From Chthoniobacter flavus (lineage in GTDB: Bacteria; Verrucomicrobiota; Verrucomicrobiia; Chthoniobacterales; JACTMZ01), in assembly GCA_945870655.1 (NCBI GenBank), contig CAMBSX010000003.1, forward strand, positions 1-45,958: a stretch of 45,958 nucleotides of DNA, read 5' to 3'. Positions 34,976 to 45,932 of this stretch are shown one piece after another. Numbering within the stretch: position 1 is the first letter of the stretch; the number at the start of each line of letters is the position of its first letter. A program made the position numbers and the translations under genes. The notes under the pieces were generated by a model, which saw only the letters and a program-made list of their open reading frames with translations, made no database searches and was not told the origin of the DNA.

Positions 34976-37900
34976 ATGTCGAACCGCCAGCGCCCCGCCA
35001 CCAACCCGCAAACCCTCCGCATCCGAGGCGCCCGCCAGAACAATCTCCGCGGCATCGACCTCGATCTCCCGCGCGGACTCCTCCACGTCATCACCGGCCC
35101 CAGCGGTTCCGGTAAATCCTCCCTCGCCTTCGACACCATTTATGCCGAAGGCCAGCGGCGCTACATCGAGACCTTCTCGCCTTACACGCGCCAATTCTTC
35201 GACCGCATGGACAAGCCACGCGTCGATTCGATCGAAGGGATCCCGCCCGCCATCGCCATTGAGCAGTCGAACAGCGTCAAAACCACCCGCTCGACCGTCG
35301 GCACCATCACGGAAATCAATGACTACATCAAACTCCTCTTTCCCCGCCTCGCCGCCGCCGCCTGCCCGAAATGTCATGAGCCGATCCGGCCCGAAACGGC
35401 CCGCAGTATCGTCCGCGAGGCCGCGCGGCGCTTCGCCGGACAAACCCTTCTTGTCACCTTCCCAGTCGGCACCGGGGATGCCGAGAAGCACTCCCCCTCC
35501 CAGTTTTTCGAGTTCCTCCGGCAACAAGGTTACCTTCGCGTCTGGCTCGGGAAAAAAACTCTCCGCGTCGACGAGACCCCGCCCGGAACCCTTCCGGCCG
35601 TGGTTCACGTCATTCAGGACCGCCTCGCCGCCTCGGACGAAACGCGCCTGACCGAAGCCATCGAAACCGCTCTGCGCCTCGGCAAAGGGCGCATCCTTCT
35701 CGTCGACACCGAAAACAACGAAAGTCACCCCTTCTCCTCCGGCTGGCACTGCGCCTGGTGCGACCTTGATGTCCGCCCGCCCACCCCGGGGCTCTTCAGC
35801 TTCAACCACCCGCTCGGCGCCTGCCCGGAATGCCGCGGCTTCGGACGTGTCATCGGCCTCGACTGGCAACGCGTCATTCCCGACCGGTCACGCACACTCT
35901 CCGAAGGCGTAGTGCGCGCGTTTCAGAGCGGCATGTCGCAGGAATGTCAGGCCGACCTCCTCCGCCACGCGCGTCGCCACGACATCGACCTGCACTGCCC
36001 GTTTGAAGATCTGCCGCAAGCCGATCAGGACTGGATCATCCATGGCGAGCGACAGCCCGGCGAAGCGCTGCACGAGGTCTGGGACAACGGACGTTGGTAT
36101 GGCGTTCAGGGCTACTTCGATTGGCTGGAAACCAAAACTTACAAAATGCACGTGCGCGTGCTCCTGAGTCGCTACCGCAGCTACAACGAATGCCCGAAGT
36201 GCCACGGAGGACGTTTCCAACCCGAGACCCTCAACTACCGGTTGGCCGGCGCGGATGACAAAGCCCTTACCCTCCCCGAGATGGCCCGCCGCCCGATCAG
36301 CCGTCTGCGCGCGTTTCTCGCCGGCGTGAAAATCCCCGAGGGCGACCACACCACGCAACTCCTCCTGAACCAAGTCACCTCGCGCCTCTCCTACCTCGAG
36401 GAAGTCGGCCTCGGTTATCTCACCCTCGACCGCCCCACCCGCACCCTCTCCGGTGGCGAAGTCCAACGTGTCAATCTCACCACCTGCCTCGGCGCATCGC
36501 TGGTCAACACGCTCTTCGTCATGGATGAACCCAGCGTCGGCCTCCACCCGCGTGATCTTGGTCAACTCCTCCGTATCATGCGCCGCCTACGCGACAACGG
36601 CAACACCCTCCTCGTGGTCGAACACGAGGAAGCCGTGATCCGTGCTGCCGACTGGCTGACCGACATCGGTCCCGGCCGCGGTGAAACCGGCGGACAACTT
36701 ATGTTCAGCGGTCCGCCCGCCCAAATCGCGGCGCAAAAAGATTCCCTCACCGCCGACTACCTTCTCGGCCGCCGTTCCATCCCCGTTCCCGCGAAACGCC
36801 GCAAAACGAAAAAGTTCCTCAAGCTGCGCGGCGCCTCGCTCCACAATATCGATAAACTCGACGCGGACTTTCCCCTCGGGGTTTTCACCTGCGTGACCGG
36901 CGTCTCGGGCTCCGGTAAATCCACCCTCGTCCACGGCCTCCTCCACCGCAACCTCCTCCGCGAACGAGGCGAACCCGTGGAAGAGGACGCCGGCACGATC
37001 AGGAAACTCACCGGCATCGAACACGTCGGCGAAGTCGTCATGGTCGACCAATCCCCGCCCGGAAAATCCTCCCGCTCCACCCCCGTGGTTTACCTCGGAG
37101 CTTGGGACCACATTCGCGACCTCTTCGCCCAAACCCCCGCGGCCAAGGGCGCCGGCCTCGGCCCCTCCACCTTCAGCTTCAATTCGAACAGCGGACGCTG
37201 CGAACGTTGCGCCGGCCTCGGCTACGAGCGCATCGAAATGCAATTCCTCAGCGATGTCTCCCTCACCTGCACCTCCTGCGGCGGCAAACGCTTCCAGCCC
37301 CATGTGCTCCGCGTCCACCTGGACGGACAATCCGTCCATGACGTCCTTGAAATGACCGTCACCCAGGCCATCACCTTCTTCAAAGATTTCCCCAAGCACC
37401 AAAAGATCACCGTCCCGCTGCAAACCCTCGAGGACGTCGGACTCGGTTACCTCCGTCTCGGGCAACCCACCAGCTTCCTCTCCGGCGGCGAATCGCAGAG
37501 ACTCAAACTCGCCGCTCGTCTCGCCGACACCGAAGCCGAGGCCTCGCTCCTCCTTTTCGACGAGCCCACCACCGGACTCCACTTCGACGACATCGCCCGC
37601 CTCCTCGGCGTTTTTCACCGTTTGGTCGAGGCCGGGCACACCCTCATTGTCATTGAGCACAACGTGGAAGTGATCAAGTCTGCCGACCACGTCATCGACA
37701 TCGGCCCCGAAGCCGGGGCCGAAGGCGGAAAGATTGTCGCTGCCGGAACGCCGGAAGAAGTCGCGCAAAACAAGGACTCCCGCAGCGCCCCCTTTCTCCA
37801 AGCCGCCCTCGAGGAGCAACGACACGAGGCCACTCTCCTCGCCGCCGAACCAGTCGGCCTGCCCGTGACCACGGACCACAACCGCATCCGCATCACCGGC

Positions 37901-40483
37901 GCCCGCGAGCACAACTTGAAGAACATTTCCCTCGAAATTCCCCGCGATGAATTCGTGGTCGTGACCGGCCTGAGTGGTTCGGGGAAATCTTCCCTCGCCT
38001 TCGACATCCTCTTTGCCGAGGGGCAACGCCGCTTCCTCGACTGCATGTCGACCTACGCCCGCCAGTTCGTCGAGCAAATGGAAAAACCGGACGTCGATCA
38101 TATCGAGGGACTCCCCCCGGCTGTGGCCATCGAGCAACGTATCTCGCGCGGAGGCGGCAAATCCACCGTCGCCACCATCACCGAGGTCTACCACTTCCTC
38201 CGTTTGCTCTACGCCAAGCTTGGCACTCAATATTGCCCCACCTGCCAGGTCCCCGTCGCCACCACCACTCTCGCCGAGGTGGCCGACAAAGTCTGTGCCG
38301 CCTCGCAAACTGAACCGGTCCAGGTCTTCGCCCCGCTGGTCAAATCGCGCAAAGGTTACCACAAGGAAGTGGCCGAATGGGCCGTACGGCACGGCTTTTA
38401 CACGCTGCTGGTCGACGGGAAGTTGGTCAAAGCAGACAAATTCCCCGAACTCTCCCGTTACCGCGAACACTCGATCGATGTCCTCGTCGGACAAATCAGC
38501 AAAGCCTCCGAAGAAGACGCCGTCGCCTTGGCCCGCCGCGCCCTCGAAATCGGCAAAAACACCGCGCGCCTGGTCCGCGGGAAGGAAAGCGAATTGCTCA
38601 GCACCGAAATGGCCTGCCCGTCGTGCGCCCGCGCCTTCGAACCGCTCGACCCGCGCATGTTCTCCTTTAACTCCCCCCACGGTTGGTGCGAGACCTGCCG
38701 CGGGTTCGGACTAGTTTATGACAGCGCGGTCAAGACGGACCAAGCCCGCACCCAACTTGAAGCCGACCTGCAGGAGGAACAGGCCCGGGAGGAAGCAGAC
38801 AAAGATGTCGCCCGCCCCTGTCCGGAGTGTCAAGGGCTGCGCCTTAACACCGAAGCCCGCAACGTCCGCGTCCACCACCGTCCCATCGCCGACTTTACCC
38901 GCGCCAGCGCCCGCGACGCGGCCCAGTTGCTCGACACTCTTGTTTTCAACAACCACGACGGAACCCTTGCCGCCGACATCCTCCCCGAAATCCGGCAGCG
39001 CCTCGGCTTCATGCAACGGGTCGGCCTCGACTACCTCACCCTCGACCGACCCGCCACCACCCTTTCCGGCGGAGAAGCCCAGCGCATCCGCCTCGCTGCC
39101 CAGCTCGGCTCGAACCTCCGCGGCGTCCTCTACGTTCTCGACGAGCCGACCATCGGACTCCACGAACGCGACAACCGCAGCCTGCTCGAGGCCCTCGAGG
39201 AACTGGTCAAACAAGGCAATTCATTGCTCGTGGTCGAACACGATGAGGAGACCATGCGCCGCGCCACCCGGATCATCGACCTCGGGCCGGGCGCCGGGCG
39301 CCGGGGCGGCGAAGTGATCGCGTCCGGGACCTTGGAGGAAATCCGCGCCTCGAAAAATTCTGTGACCGGACAATTCCTGGCCAACCCGCCCCGGCGTCCG
39401 TCGCGCGGCAGCCGCCGTCCGCTCAAGGACAAGGACCTGGCTTGGCTCGAGCTGAAAGGAGCCTGCCTGCACAACTTGCAGAATATCGACGTCCGGATTC
39501 CGCTCGGACGCCTCACCGTGGCCTGCGGGATCTCCGGCTCGGGCAAATCGTCGCTCCTCCGTGGCACGCTCGTCCCGGCCTTGAAAGACGCGATGACCCG
39601 CCGCGGACGCAAACCTTCCCGCAAGGCTGCCCCGCCCCCTTATGACAAATTGCTCGGGGCCGAACGCATCGCCGGCGTCCACATGGTCGACCAATCCCCC
39701 ATTGGCAAAACCTCCCGGTCCACCCCCGCGACCTATATTAAAGTCTTCGACGAAATCCGCCAACTCTTCGCCGGACTGCCCGCCTCCCGCATGCGCGGCT
39801 ACACCGCCAGTAGGTTTTCCTTCAACACCGACGGCGGACGCTGCGAGACCTGCCTCGGCCAAGGCGCGATCAAACTCGAAATGAGTTTCCTCCCCTCCAG
39901 TTGGCTCCCTTGCAGCGAGTGCAATGGCAGCCGCTACAACCACCAGACCCTCGATATCACCTACAACGGCAAGACCATCGCCGATGTCATGGGCATGACC
40001 GCGGCCGAGGCCGCCGAATTTTTCGACGCCCATCCGAAAATCCGCCACGCCCTCCGCCTGCTCGTCGAAACCGGTCTCGGCTACCTCACCCTCGGGCAAC
40101 CCAGCCCCACCCTCTCCGGAGGCGAAGCCCAACGGATCAAACTGGTCACCGAACTCTCCCGCACCGGGGCGACCAAAGGCCGCCGCCTGCGCGAGGACCA
40201 ACGCGGCAATTTCTATCTCCTCGAAGAACCGACCATCGGGCTCCACATGGCCGACGTCGAACAACTCATCGGCATCCTCCACCGCCTGACCGACGAGGGC
40301 CACACCGTCGTGGTCATCGAACACAATCTCAGCGTCATCGCCGAAGCGGACTACGTGATCGAAATCGGACCCGAAGCCGGCGCCCAAGGCGGACAACTCG
40401 TCGCCGCCGGTCCGCCCGAGGAGGTCGCCCAAGTCCAAGGTAGCCCCACCGCCCCCTTCCTCAAACCCCTCCTGAACTTGTAG
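34976..40483 (+). CDS. uvrA: Excinuclease ABC subunit A, tandem-duplicated (double-length) form
   Basis: Two complete UvrA units: four Walker A motifs ([32 protein letters not shown]), four LSGGE signatures, repeated FSFN and CxxC zinc modules. Confidence 0.96.
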   Translation: MSNRQRPATNPQTLRIRGARQNNLRGIDLDLPRGLLHVITGPSGSGKSSLAFDTIYAEGQRRYIETFSPYTRQFFDRMDKPRVDSIEGIPPAIAIEQSNSVKTTRSTVGTITEINDYIKLLFPRLAAAACPKCHEPIRPETARSIVREAARRFAGQTLLVTFPVGTGDAEKHSPSQFFEFLRQQGYLRVWLGKKTLRVDETPPGTLPAVVHVIQDRLAASDETRLTEAIETALRLGKGRILLVDTENNESHPFSSGWHCAWCDLDVRPPTPGLFSFNHPLGACPECRGFGRVIGLDWQRVIPDRSRTLSEGVVRAFQSGMSQECQADLLRHARRHDIDLHCPFEDLPQADQDWIIHGERQPGEALHEVWDNGRWYGVQGYFDWLETKTYKMHVRVLLSRYRSYNECPKCHGGRFQPETLNYRLAGADDKALTLPEMARRPISRLRAFLAGVKIPEGDHTTQLLLNQVTSRLSYLEEVGLGYLTLDRPTRTLSGGEVQRVNLTTCLGASLVNTLFVMDEPSVGLHPRDLGQLLRIMRRLRDNGNTLLVVEHEEAVIRAADWLTDIGPGRGETGGQLMFSGPPAQIAAQKDSLTADYLLGRRSIPVPAKRRKTKKFLKLRGASLHNIDKLDADFPLGVFTCVTGVSGSGKSTLVHGLLHRNLLRERGEPVEEDAGTIRKLTGIEHVGEVVMVDQSPPGKSSRSTPVVYLGAWDHIRDLFAQTPAAKGAGLGPSTFSFNSNSGRCERCAGLGYERIEMQFLSDVSLTCTSCGGKRFQPHVLRVHLDGQSVHDVLEMTVTQAITFFKDFPKHQKITVPLQTLEDVGLGYLRLGQPTSFLSGGESQRLKLAARLADTEAEASLLLFDEPTTGLHFDDIARLLGVFHRLVEAGHTLIVIEHNVEVIKSADHVIDIGPEAGAEGGKIVAAGTPEEVAQNKDSRSAPFLQAALEEQRHEATLLAAEPVGLPVTTDHNRIRITGAREHNLKNISLEIPRDEFVVVTGLSGSGKSSLAFDILFAEGQRRFLDCMSTYARQFVEQMEKPDVDHIEGLPPAVAIEQRISRGGGKSTVATITEVYHFLRLLYAKLGTQYCPTCQVPVATTTLAEVADKVCAASQTEPVQVFAPLVKSRKGYHKEVAEWAVRHGFYTLLVDGKLVKADKFPELSRYREHSIDVLVGQISKASEEDAVALARRALEIGKNTARLVRGKESELLSTEMACPSCARAFEPLDPRMFSFNSPHGWCETCRGFGLVYDSAVKTDQARTQLEADLQEEQAREEADKDVARPCPECQGLRLNTEARNVRVHHRPIADFTRASARDAAQLLDTLVFNNHDGTLAADILPEIRQRLGFMQRVGLDYLTLDRPATTLSGGEAQRIRLAAQLGSNLRGVLYVLDEPTIGLHERDNRSLLEALEELVKQGNSLLVVEHDEETMRRATRIIDLGPGAGRRGGEVIASGTLEEIRASKNSVTGQFLANPPRRPSRGSRRPLKDKDLAWLELKGACLHNLQNIDVRIPLGRLTVACGISGSGKSSLLRGTLVPALKDAMTRRGRKPSRKAAPPPYDKLLGAERIAGVHMVDQSPIGKTSRSTPATYIKVFDEIRQLFAGLPASRMRGYTASRFSFNTDGGRCETCLGQGAIKLEMSFLPSSWLPCSECNGSRYNHQTLDITYNGKTIADVMGMTAAEAAEFFDAHPKIRHALRLLVETGLGYLTLGQPSPTLSGGEAQRIKLVTELSRTGATKGRRLREDQRGNFYLLEEPTIGLHMADVEQLIGILHRLTDEGHTVVVIEHNLSVIAEADYVIEIGPEAGAQGGQLVAAGPPEEVAQVQGSPTAPFLKPLLNL

Positions 40484-40501
40484 CGGCGGTCCCCGACCGC
40501 C
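40479..40501 (+). repeat. REP-like element, GTAG family
   Basis: TGTAG-C-GGCGGTC-ccc-GACCGCC hairpin; its TAG is the uvrA stop codon. Confidence 0.65.
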
Positions 40502-40585
40502 CCCCCGTCTTCCTTCCCACCGTTGCCTTTTGTTCAAAACCTCCCCGCCCTTGCCCGCGCCGCGCATGCCGCTTAAACCCTTTCC

Positions 40586-41896
40586 GTGCTGAATTATATC
40601 TGGCTCGCTCTCGTCCTCGGTGCCGTTCTCCTCGGCGGGCTGACCGGACAACTCCCCGCCGTGACCGAGGCCGCCTTCGAGTCGGCCAAAACCGCGGTCA
40701 TGACCATCGCCCTGCCGCTCGCCGGCGTCATGGCCCTCTGGCTCGGCATCATGCGCCTCGCCGACAAATCCGGACTCATGCATGCCTTGGCTCGCGCCCT
40801 GCGGCCGCTCATGACCCGCCTTTTCCCCGAAGTCCCCTCCGACCATCCTGCCATGGGATCGATGATCATGAACATGTCGGCCAACATGCTCGGCTTGGCC
40901 AATGCCGCCACCCCCCTCGGACTCCGGGCCATGCAGGACTTGGAAAAACTCAACCCGCGTCCCGGCACCGCAACCAACGCGATGTGCACCTTCCTCGCGC
41001 TTAACACCAGCTCCGTCCAACTCATCCCGGCCAGCGCCGTCGCCATCCTGGCCGCCGCCGGCTCGGTCCAACCCACCGCCATCATCGGCACCGCGCTCGT
41101 CGCCACTCTCTGCTCGACCGTCGCCGGTCTCGTTGCGGTCAAGACCCTGGAAAAACTTCCCTTCTACCAACTTCCCCCGGTTACGGCTGCGGACGAAGCA
41201 GCAAAAAAGACCGAGGAAGCCGCCGCGCCCGAACCAGTCACCGCCGCGCCGCCAACCCCCCTCGTCCTGTGGTCGCGCCTTGTTCTCGCCGCCTTCGGCG
41301 TCTTCTTCCTTTTCCTCCTCTGGCGCACCGCCGGTGAAGGCTATGACGGCGACCGCGGTTGGTTCGCGTCTTATGTCACCGCCGTTTCCCTCCTCGCCAT
41401 TCCCTTTTTGCTCTCGTTCTTCCCCCTCTATGCCGTCCTCCGCCGGGTTCCGGTCTACGAAGAATTCGTCGAGGGCGCCAAGGAAGGCATGCAAGTCGCC
41501 CTGCGCATCATCCCGTTTCTCGTCGCCATCCTCGTGGCCATCGGCATGTTCCGCGGCGCTGGTGGCATCGACTTGATCAGCCGCGCGCTCGATCCGTTTT
41601 TCCAAGTTGTCGGCTTTCCCGCCGAACTCCTGCCCATGGCTCTCATGCGCCCGCTGAGCGGCAGCGGGAGTCTCGGCCTCTTTTCCGAACTCGTCGCCAC
41701 CCACGGCCCGGACAGCCTCCTCGCCCGCATGGCTGGCACCATTATGGGCAGCACGGAAACCACCTTCTACGTGCTGGCCGTCTATTTCGGCTCCGTCGCC
41801 ATCCGCCGCACCCGCCACGCCGTCCCTGCCGGCCTGATCGCCGACTTCACCGGTATAGCCGCCTCGGTCGCCATCTGCCGCCTCGTCTTCGCCTGA
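40586..41896 (+). CDS. SpmA/SpmB fusion (nucleoside-recognition Gate domain membrane protein)
   Basis: MLNYIW, WLGIM, LFPEVP-DHPA, ANMLGLANAATPLG (SpmA); YEEFVEGAKEG, RPLSGSG, GSTETTFYVLAVYFG (SpmB). Confidence 0.92.
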   Translation: MLNYIWLALVLGAVLLGGLTGQLPAVTEAAFESAKTAVMTIALPLAGVMALWLGIMRLADKSGLMHALARALRPLMTRLFPEVPSDHPAMGSMIMNMSANMLGLANAATPLGLRAMQDLEKLNPRPGTATNAMCTFLALNTSSVQLIPASAVAILAAAGSVQPTAIIGTALVATLCSTVAGLVAVKTLEKLPFYQLPPVTAADEAAKKTEEAAAPEPVTAAPPTPLVLWSRLVLAAFGVFFLFLLWRTAGEGYDGDRGWFASYVTAVSLLAIPFLLSFFPLYAVLRRVPVYEEFVEGAKEGMQVALRIIPFLVAILVAIGMFRGAGGIDLISRALDPFFQVVGFPAELLPMALMRPLSGSGSLGLFSELVATHGPDSLLARMAGTIMGSTETTFYVLAVYFGSVAIRRTRHAVPAGLIADFTGIAASVAICRLVFA

Positions 41897-41901
41897 AACC
41901 T

Positions 41902-41956
41902 GTGGTGCCGGCACTGCCGATGAAGACCAAATCCATCGGCTGGAAGCCGATGCCAC
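41902..41956. repeat. REP doublet (REPIN-like), GTGGCA family
   Basis: GTGGTGCCGGCACTGCCGATG, spacer, CATCGGCTGGAAGCCGATGCCAC; the right arm resembles 20621-20644. Confidence 0.75.
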
Positions 41957-41961
41957 TTGAA

Positions 41962-42303
41962 ATGGAAAGCTATCCCCAGCCCGAGCCCCGCTACCTCTGC
42001 CAACGCTGCGGCCACTGTTGCCGCTGGCCCGGCTTTGTCCGCCTCGACGACAACGAAATCAACGCCATCGCCGCCTTCCTCCACCTCACCCCCGCCGAAT
42101 TCATCGCGCAACACACCGAACTCCGCCCCAGCCGCTCGGGTCTCATGCTGCAATCCAACCCGGACGGATCCTGCATCTTCCTCCAGGGCGTCAACACCTG
42201 CACCATCCAGCCGGTCAAACCCCAGCAATGCCGCGACTTCCCCAACAAATGGCGCTTCGACGGGTGGCGGGAAAAGTGCGAAGCCCTCGAGGTGATGTCT
42301 TGA
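41962..42303 (+). CDS. YkgJ family cysteine-cluster protein
   Basis: CQRCGHCC...CIFL...CTIQPVKPQQCRDFP. Confidence 0.92.
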   Translation: MESYPQPEPRYLCQRCGHCCRWPGFVRLDDNEINAIAAFLHLTPAEFIAQHTELRPSRSGLMLQSNPDGSCIFLQGVNTCTIQPVKPQQCRDFPNKWRFDGWREKCEALEVMS

Positions 42304-42330
42304 CATCAAGTTAATGTGATGTTTGATGTC
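42293..42330 (+). promoter_or_regulatory. vapBC promoter/operator
   Basis: TTGACA at 42300-42305 inside palindrome TGATGTC-TT-GACATCA (42293-42308); second inverted pair GACATCAA (42302-42309) / TTGATGTC (42323-42330). Confidence 0.7.
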
Positions 42331-42334
42331 TAAA

Positions 42335-42595
42335 ATGAGAACAACGCTTACCCTAGACCCGGATATCGCCCAGCACCTCCGGCAGGAACTAGCCTCGGGA
42401 AAGAAGTCCTTCAAAGAGGTGGTGAACGAGCGCCTTCGGCTGGGCTTCGGACTGAAAAAAGCCAAGCAGCGCACACCCTTTCGCGTCAAAGCGCACTCCT
42501 CAGCCTATCAACCCGGCATCGACCCCGCCAAATTCAACCAACTGGTGGATGACCTTGAGGTCGAGGAATTCATCCGAAAATCCCAATCGCGGTGA
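42335..42595 (+). CDS. vapB: Antitoxin, ribbon-helix-helix (VapB/CopG-like)
   Basis: MRTTLTLDPDIA...SFKEVVNERLRLG; GTGA overlap with the downstream PIN gene. Confidence 0.85.
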   Translation: MRTTLTLDPDIAQHLRQELASGKKSFKEVVNERLRLGFGLKKAKQRTPFRVKAHSSAYQPGIDPAKFNQLVDDLEVEEFIRKSQSR

Positions 42596-43020
42596 TTATT
42601 CCCGACATCAGTCTCCTGATTTACGCTCATAACAGGAGGGACCCTCACCACGAACCCGCCAAAGCTTGGTGGGAAGAGACCCTGAACGGGAACACCCCGG
42701 TTGGCCTTCCATGGGTCACGTCCTCAGGATTTATTCGCACCATGACCCATCGGAGGATTTTGACTGAACCACTTTCCCCCGATCGCGCTGCTGATCTCGT
42801 CCGCTCGTGGTTGGATCAGCCTTCCGTCATCATTCTACAACCCGGGCCGAAATTCGCCGGCCTTTTCCTCGGTTATCTCGAAAAGCTCGGCACAGCCGGA
42901 AACCTCACCACAGACGCCCAACTCGCCGCGCTCGCGGTCGAAAGCCAAGCCGAACTGCACAGCAACGACACCGACTTTACCCGCTTCGAAGGCCTGCGCT
43001 GGCGCAACCCGCTGAAGTGA
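42592..43020 (+). CDS. vapC: VapC family PIN-domain ribonuclease toxin
   Basis: IIPDISLLIYA, GNLTTDAQLAALA, HSNDTDFTRFEGLRWRNPL. Confidence 0.92.
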   Translation: MIIPDISLLIYAHNRRDPHHEPAKAWWEETLNGNTPVGLPWVTSSGFIRTMTHRRILTEPLSPDRAADLVRSWLDQPSVIILQPGPKFAGLFLGYLEKLGTAGNLTTDAQLAALAVESQAELHSNDTDFTRFEGLRWRNPLK

Positions 43021-43037
43021 TCGGACACCCCGCTACA
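43018..43037 (-). repeat. Degenerate REP-like element, GTAG family
   Basis: Minus strand TGTAGCGGGGTGTCCGATCA, similar to 40479-40498; its TAG is the polB stop codon. Confidence 0.5.
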
Positions 43038-45204
43038 ACAACCGATCCCCACCCGCGCTCGCCGGCACGAACGCCTCGAACTTCCCCGCCAACTCGTCGA
43101 GCTTGGCGAGGTAGTAAGCCACATTCTCGTCGCGACCCCCGGCCTCCCACTCCCCGGCCAGCTTCGCGCTCTCGTAAGCTTTCACCGTCCTCTTCGTGCC
43201 GGTGATGTAATACGTGACCCGATCCCCCGCCTGCATCTTGCGGCCGCTCTTCAAAGCCAACTCAAAAGCCGCCGAGCGATTGCGCGAAGACGCGGCGATT
43301 TTCTTTTGATACGCCTCGAGCGAATCCTGCAACGCCTCGGTTTTGGCAAACATCGCCGGTTCCCACATTCTCTCCCGTAGTGCCTTGGCGAACTCCGCGT
43401 GCATCGCCGGAATCACTTCCGGTTTCCCCTCGAGTAACGACCGGACCGCACGCTCGATGAAAACGCGCTGGAATTTTTCCAGCCCGCGCGACTTCAAGGC
43501 CGCACCCTTGATCGACAACTTTCCGTCCTCCGCCAAAAGCGCGTAATTCTTCGCCTTGTAGCTGAACATCGCGGTGTAGCGCGCATCGAATTCCACCTCG
43601 ATCCCCTCCGGCAGGGTGGCAGCCAGTTCCCGGTAAAGCCCGTCCCATGTCGCGTCCTTCGGCGGGAGGAAATAAATGCCGTCCGTGTCGATCTCGACAA
43701 CATCCGCCCCGCGCTGACGCAGCCAATCGACCATCCCGCGCAGCAGTTCGCGCCCCTTGGCCGTAACGGCGGCCGCCGCTTCAAAATCGGCAAAGTTGCC
43801 CTGGGCAAATCCGAGATACCCGTAAAAGCTGTTGATCAGGATTTTGAAAGTTCCCTGCAACGCGTCGAGATGCGCTCTTTGTGCACCCGTGGCCGAACGC
43901 ATGGCGGACTTCGCTTCCAGCCGAAACTTCCGCAACCGTGCAAGCATGTCGCCGAAAACACCGAGCGTGTCCGACTCCGGAAAAATCCCGAAAGCCAACA
44001 TAACCGACGGATACAGCGACGCGATGTCGCAGTGCCACACGTCGCGCGCCACGCCGGTGAAGAAGATGTCCGTGTATCCGCCTTCAAACCGCTGCACTTC
44101 GGACAGAGCCGGCACCGATTGCCCCTGACGCAGGTATTCGCGCAGGAAAAGGCTGTTGATCTTGGTCGCATTCCCCCGGATGACCACATCTTGGTAGTTG
44201 TAAGGAAAGATGGTTGTTTGCGTGAACCAGGCCGGACTCAACGCCGCGGACAGTCCGCGCGTCTCACGCACATCCTGCAGCGCATATGTCTCGAACTTCT
44301 TCCGGTCTTGCCCATGAGCCTCGGTGATCACCCGAGGGCCGAACTCCACCCGGTTGTCCTCGGCCACGCCGAAATGCCGCGCCGCCGCTTTGAGTCCGAA
44401 GCTTTGCAGCTCCCGCGCCCCCACATCGTGGAATTGGACGAGAAACAGCGTGTCGACAATGTGCCGTCCATGAATCTCGAACTTCCGGTATTGGATGAGA
44501 CGCTCGGCAATCTGCAGACGCGAGGGATGCGAGCGCAGCGCGCTATCATCGCGGCCTAGGTCGAGCTTCACCTTCAACTTGCGGGCCCGCGTTTCGAGAT
44601 ACGGCAGGTCGAATTTGAAAATGTTGTGTCCCTCGATGACATCTGGATCCCGCTCCCGCACCAGCGCGACGAATTTGGAAAGCACCGATTTCTCCTGCGC
44701 TTCGTCTTCCGGGTCACCGACCACGAGGATTTCCTCCCACCCCGAACTGTCGCTCAAGGCAATGGCCAAGAGCGGATCTTTCAAGGCGTCCGACATCGCA
44801 CCGTCCGCTCCGGTGAAGGTTTCGATATCGACCTGCATGCGCCGCAACTCTTCGAAGGCCATGCCCTTGAAAAGGGTGCGCCCGCTGGCCAGCAAGTACT
44901 GGTGTGCCAAATCGTTGAGCGCGAAGAGTTCGCGTCTGTAGGTCGTCTTGGCCTTGGAGAACGCCGTCACATTGTCAAAAGACACGGCAAACTTGAATGC
45001 CCCGGCTCCCTGCAATTCCTGCAACTCCCCCGGCACCGGCTCCGTGGCCCAGGCAAAAGGCCGATAGATCACCTCCTCAACCACCGTCCTCTCTCCCTCC
45101 CGCCGGTAAACCTGCACCCGGTCCGGAGCGACAAACTCGACGGCGACGATACCCACGGTCGGATCCGCGCCAAAAAGCACAGAGTCATGCTCAATCCCAG
45201 TCAC
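43033..45204 (-). CDS. polB: Family B DNA polymerase (Pol II-like) with 3'-5' exonuclease
   Basis: Exo I DIET, Exo II GHNIFKFDLPYL, Exo III YALQD; polymerase motifs DIASLYPS, KILINSFYG, DTDG, KNY. Confidence 0.9.
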   Translation of the reverse strand: MTGIEHDSVLFGADPTVGIVAVEFVAPDRVQVYRREGERTVVEEVIYRPFAWATEPVPGELQELQGAGAFKFAVSFDNVTAFSKAKTTYRRELFALNDLAHQYLLASGRTLFKGMAFEELRRMQVDIETFTGADGAMSDALKDPLLAIALSDSSGWEEILVVGDPEDEAQEKSVLSKFVALVRERDPDVIEGHNIFKFDLPYLETRARKLKVKLDLGRDDSALRSHPSRLQIAERLIQYRKFEIHGRHIVDTLFLVQFHDVGARELQSFGLKAAARHFGVAEDNRVEFGPRVITEAHGQDRKKFETYALQDVRETRGLSAALSPAWFTQTTIFPYNYQDVVIRGNATKINSLFLREYLRQGQSVPALSEVQRFEGGYTDIFFTGVARDVWHCDIASLYPSVMLAFGIFPESDTLGVFGDMLARLRKFRLEAKSAMRSATGAQRAHLDALQGTFKILINSFYGYLGFAQGNFADFEAAAAVTAKGRELLRGMVDWLRQRGADVVEIDTDGIYFLPPKDATWDGLYRELAATLPEGIEVEFDARYTAMFSYKAKNYALLAEDGKLSIKGAALKSRGLEKFQRVFIERAVRSLLEGKPEVIPAMHAEFAKALRERMWEPAMFAKTEALQDSLEAYQKKIAASSRNRSAAFELALKSGRKMQAGDRVTYYITGTKRTVKAYESAKLAGEWEAGGRDENVAYYLAKLDELAGKFEAFVPASAGGDRLL

Positions 45205-45225
45205 GACTCCACCTTACCCAAATCA

Positions 45226-45250
45226 TGGAGCGGCGGTCCATGGCCGTCGC
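45226..45250 (+). repeat. Degenerate REP-like element related to the GTAG family
   Basis: TGGAGCGGCGGTCCATGGCCGTCGC; shares AGCGGCGGTCC with 40482-40492 and forms a hairpin. Confidence 0.45.
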
Positions 45251-45389
45251 TGCCCTGCTTCCCCTGTCCCCCCAGTCCCAGCGAGACAACTGGCCAATCC
45301 CTTGCCAGACAACGCCTCCAGCCCGCCAGGTCATTACCTACACCACCAACGATCTATCCAGGCGGTAAAGCTTAGCCAACCCCCTCGGC

Positions 45390-45932
45390 CTACTCCGCTT
45401 TGGCCCTGTCCGCGACATACCTCGCCTGCGGAAGATGCAACCCCAGATGAAAAGCAAACATGCAGTTCCACTTGTGCGCATCGAAGTTTCCGAAAATCGG
45501 GTGCGGTGAGGTGCGCGTGCCCCGCAGCTGTTTCAAGTTCCGCACGGACACAATGTGGTTGGTCACAGAGTCGGCCAACAAACCGACCTGCGATTTATCC
45601 GCCGCCCCGGAAGGCATGACCCCCTTCTTCACGTCGATGGTGGCCGGACCGCTCAATACCTCGCCATTCGCCAACTGGACCACGCTGGCCGTGATGCTCC
45701 GGTTCACAATCGCGTTGTGTTCCAGAATCATGAAGAAAGACCACCGCCGCATGTCTTCATCGACTCCCCGCATGGGCGGGACCTCGACGCATAGCTGTCC
45801 ACCCTTCTCCGATAAGCCCTCGGCCAAACGCAAATATTGCCCGAGGAGGATTGTGCTTCGCTCCAACGCCTTTTCGCGACTGGTGAAAGTGAAAAGCGTC
45901 CGCACAGCCGCCTTGATCATGAGATTGCTCAT
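45390..45932 (-). CDS. DinB/YfiT-like family protein
   Basis: WSFFMILEH...HPIFG...W..F..FHLGLHLPQ His-triad pattern; start at MSNLMIK. Confidence 0.8.
   Translation of the reverse strand: MSNLMIKAAVRTLFTFTSREKALERSTILLGQYLRLAEGLSEKGGQLCVEVPPMRGVDEDMRRWSFFMILEHNAIVNRSITASVVQLANGEVLSGPATIDVKKGVMPSGAADKSQVGLLADSVTNHIVSVRNLKQLRGTRTSPHPIFGNFDAHKWNCMFAFHLGLHLPQARYVADRAKAE

Noticed and set aside
40586-41896. Sporulation function implied by SpmA/SpmB
   Set aside because: Fused SpmAB homologues are widespread in non-sporulating bacteria, and no other sporulation genes are present.
43033-45204. Casposon, pipolin or prophage around the family B polymerase
   Set aside because: No Cas1, integrase, long terminal repeats or virion genes are seen, and the flanking genes are cellular.
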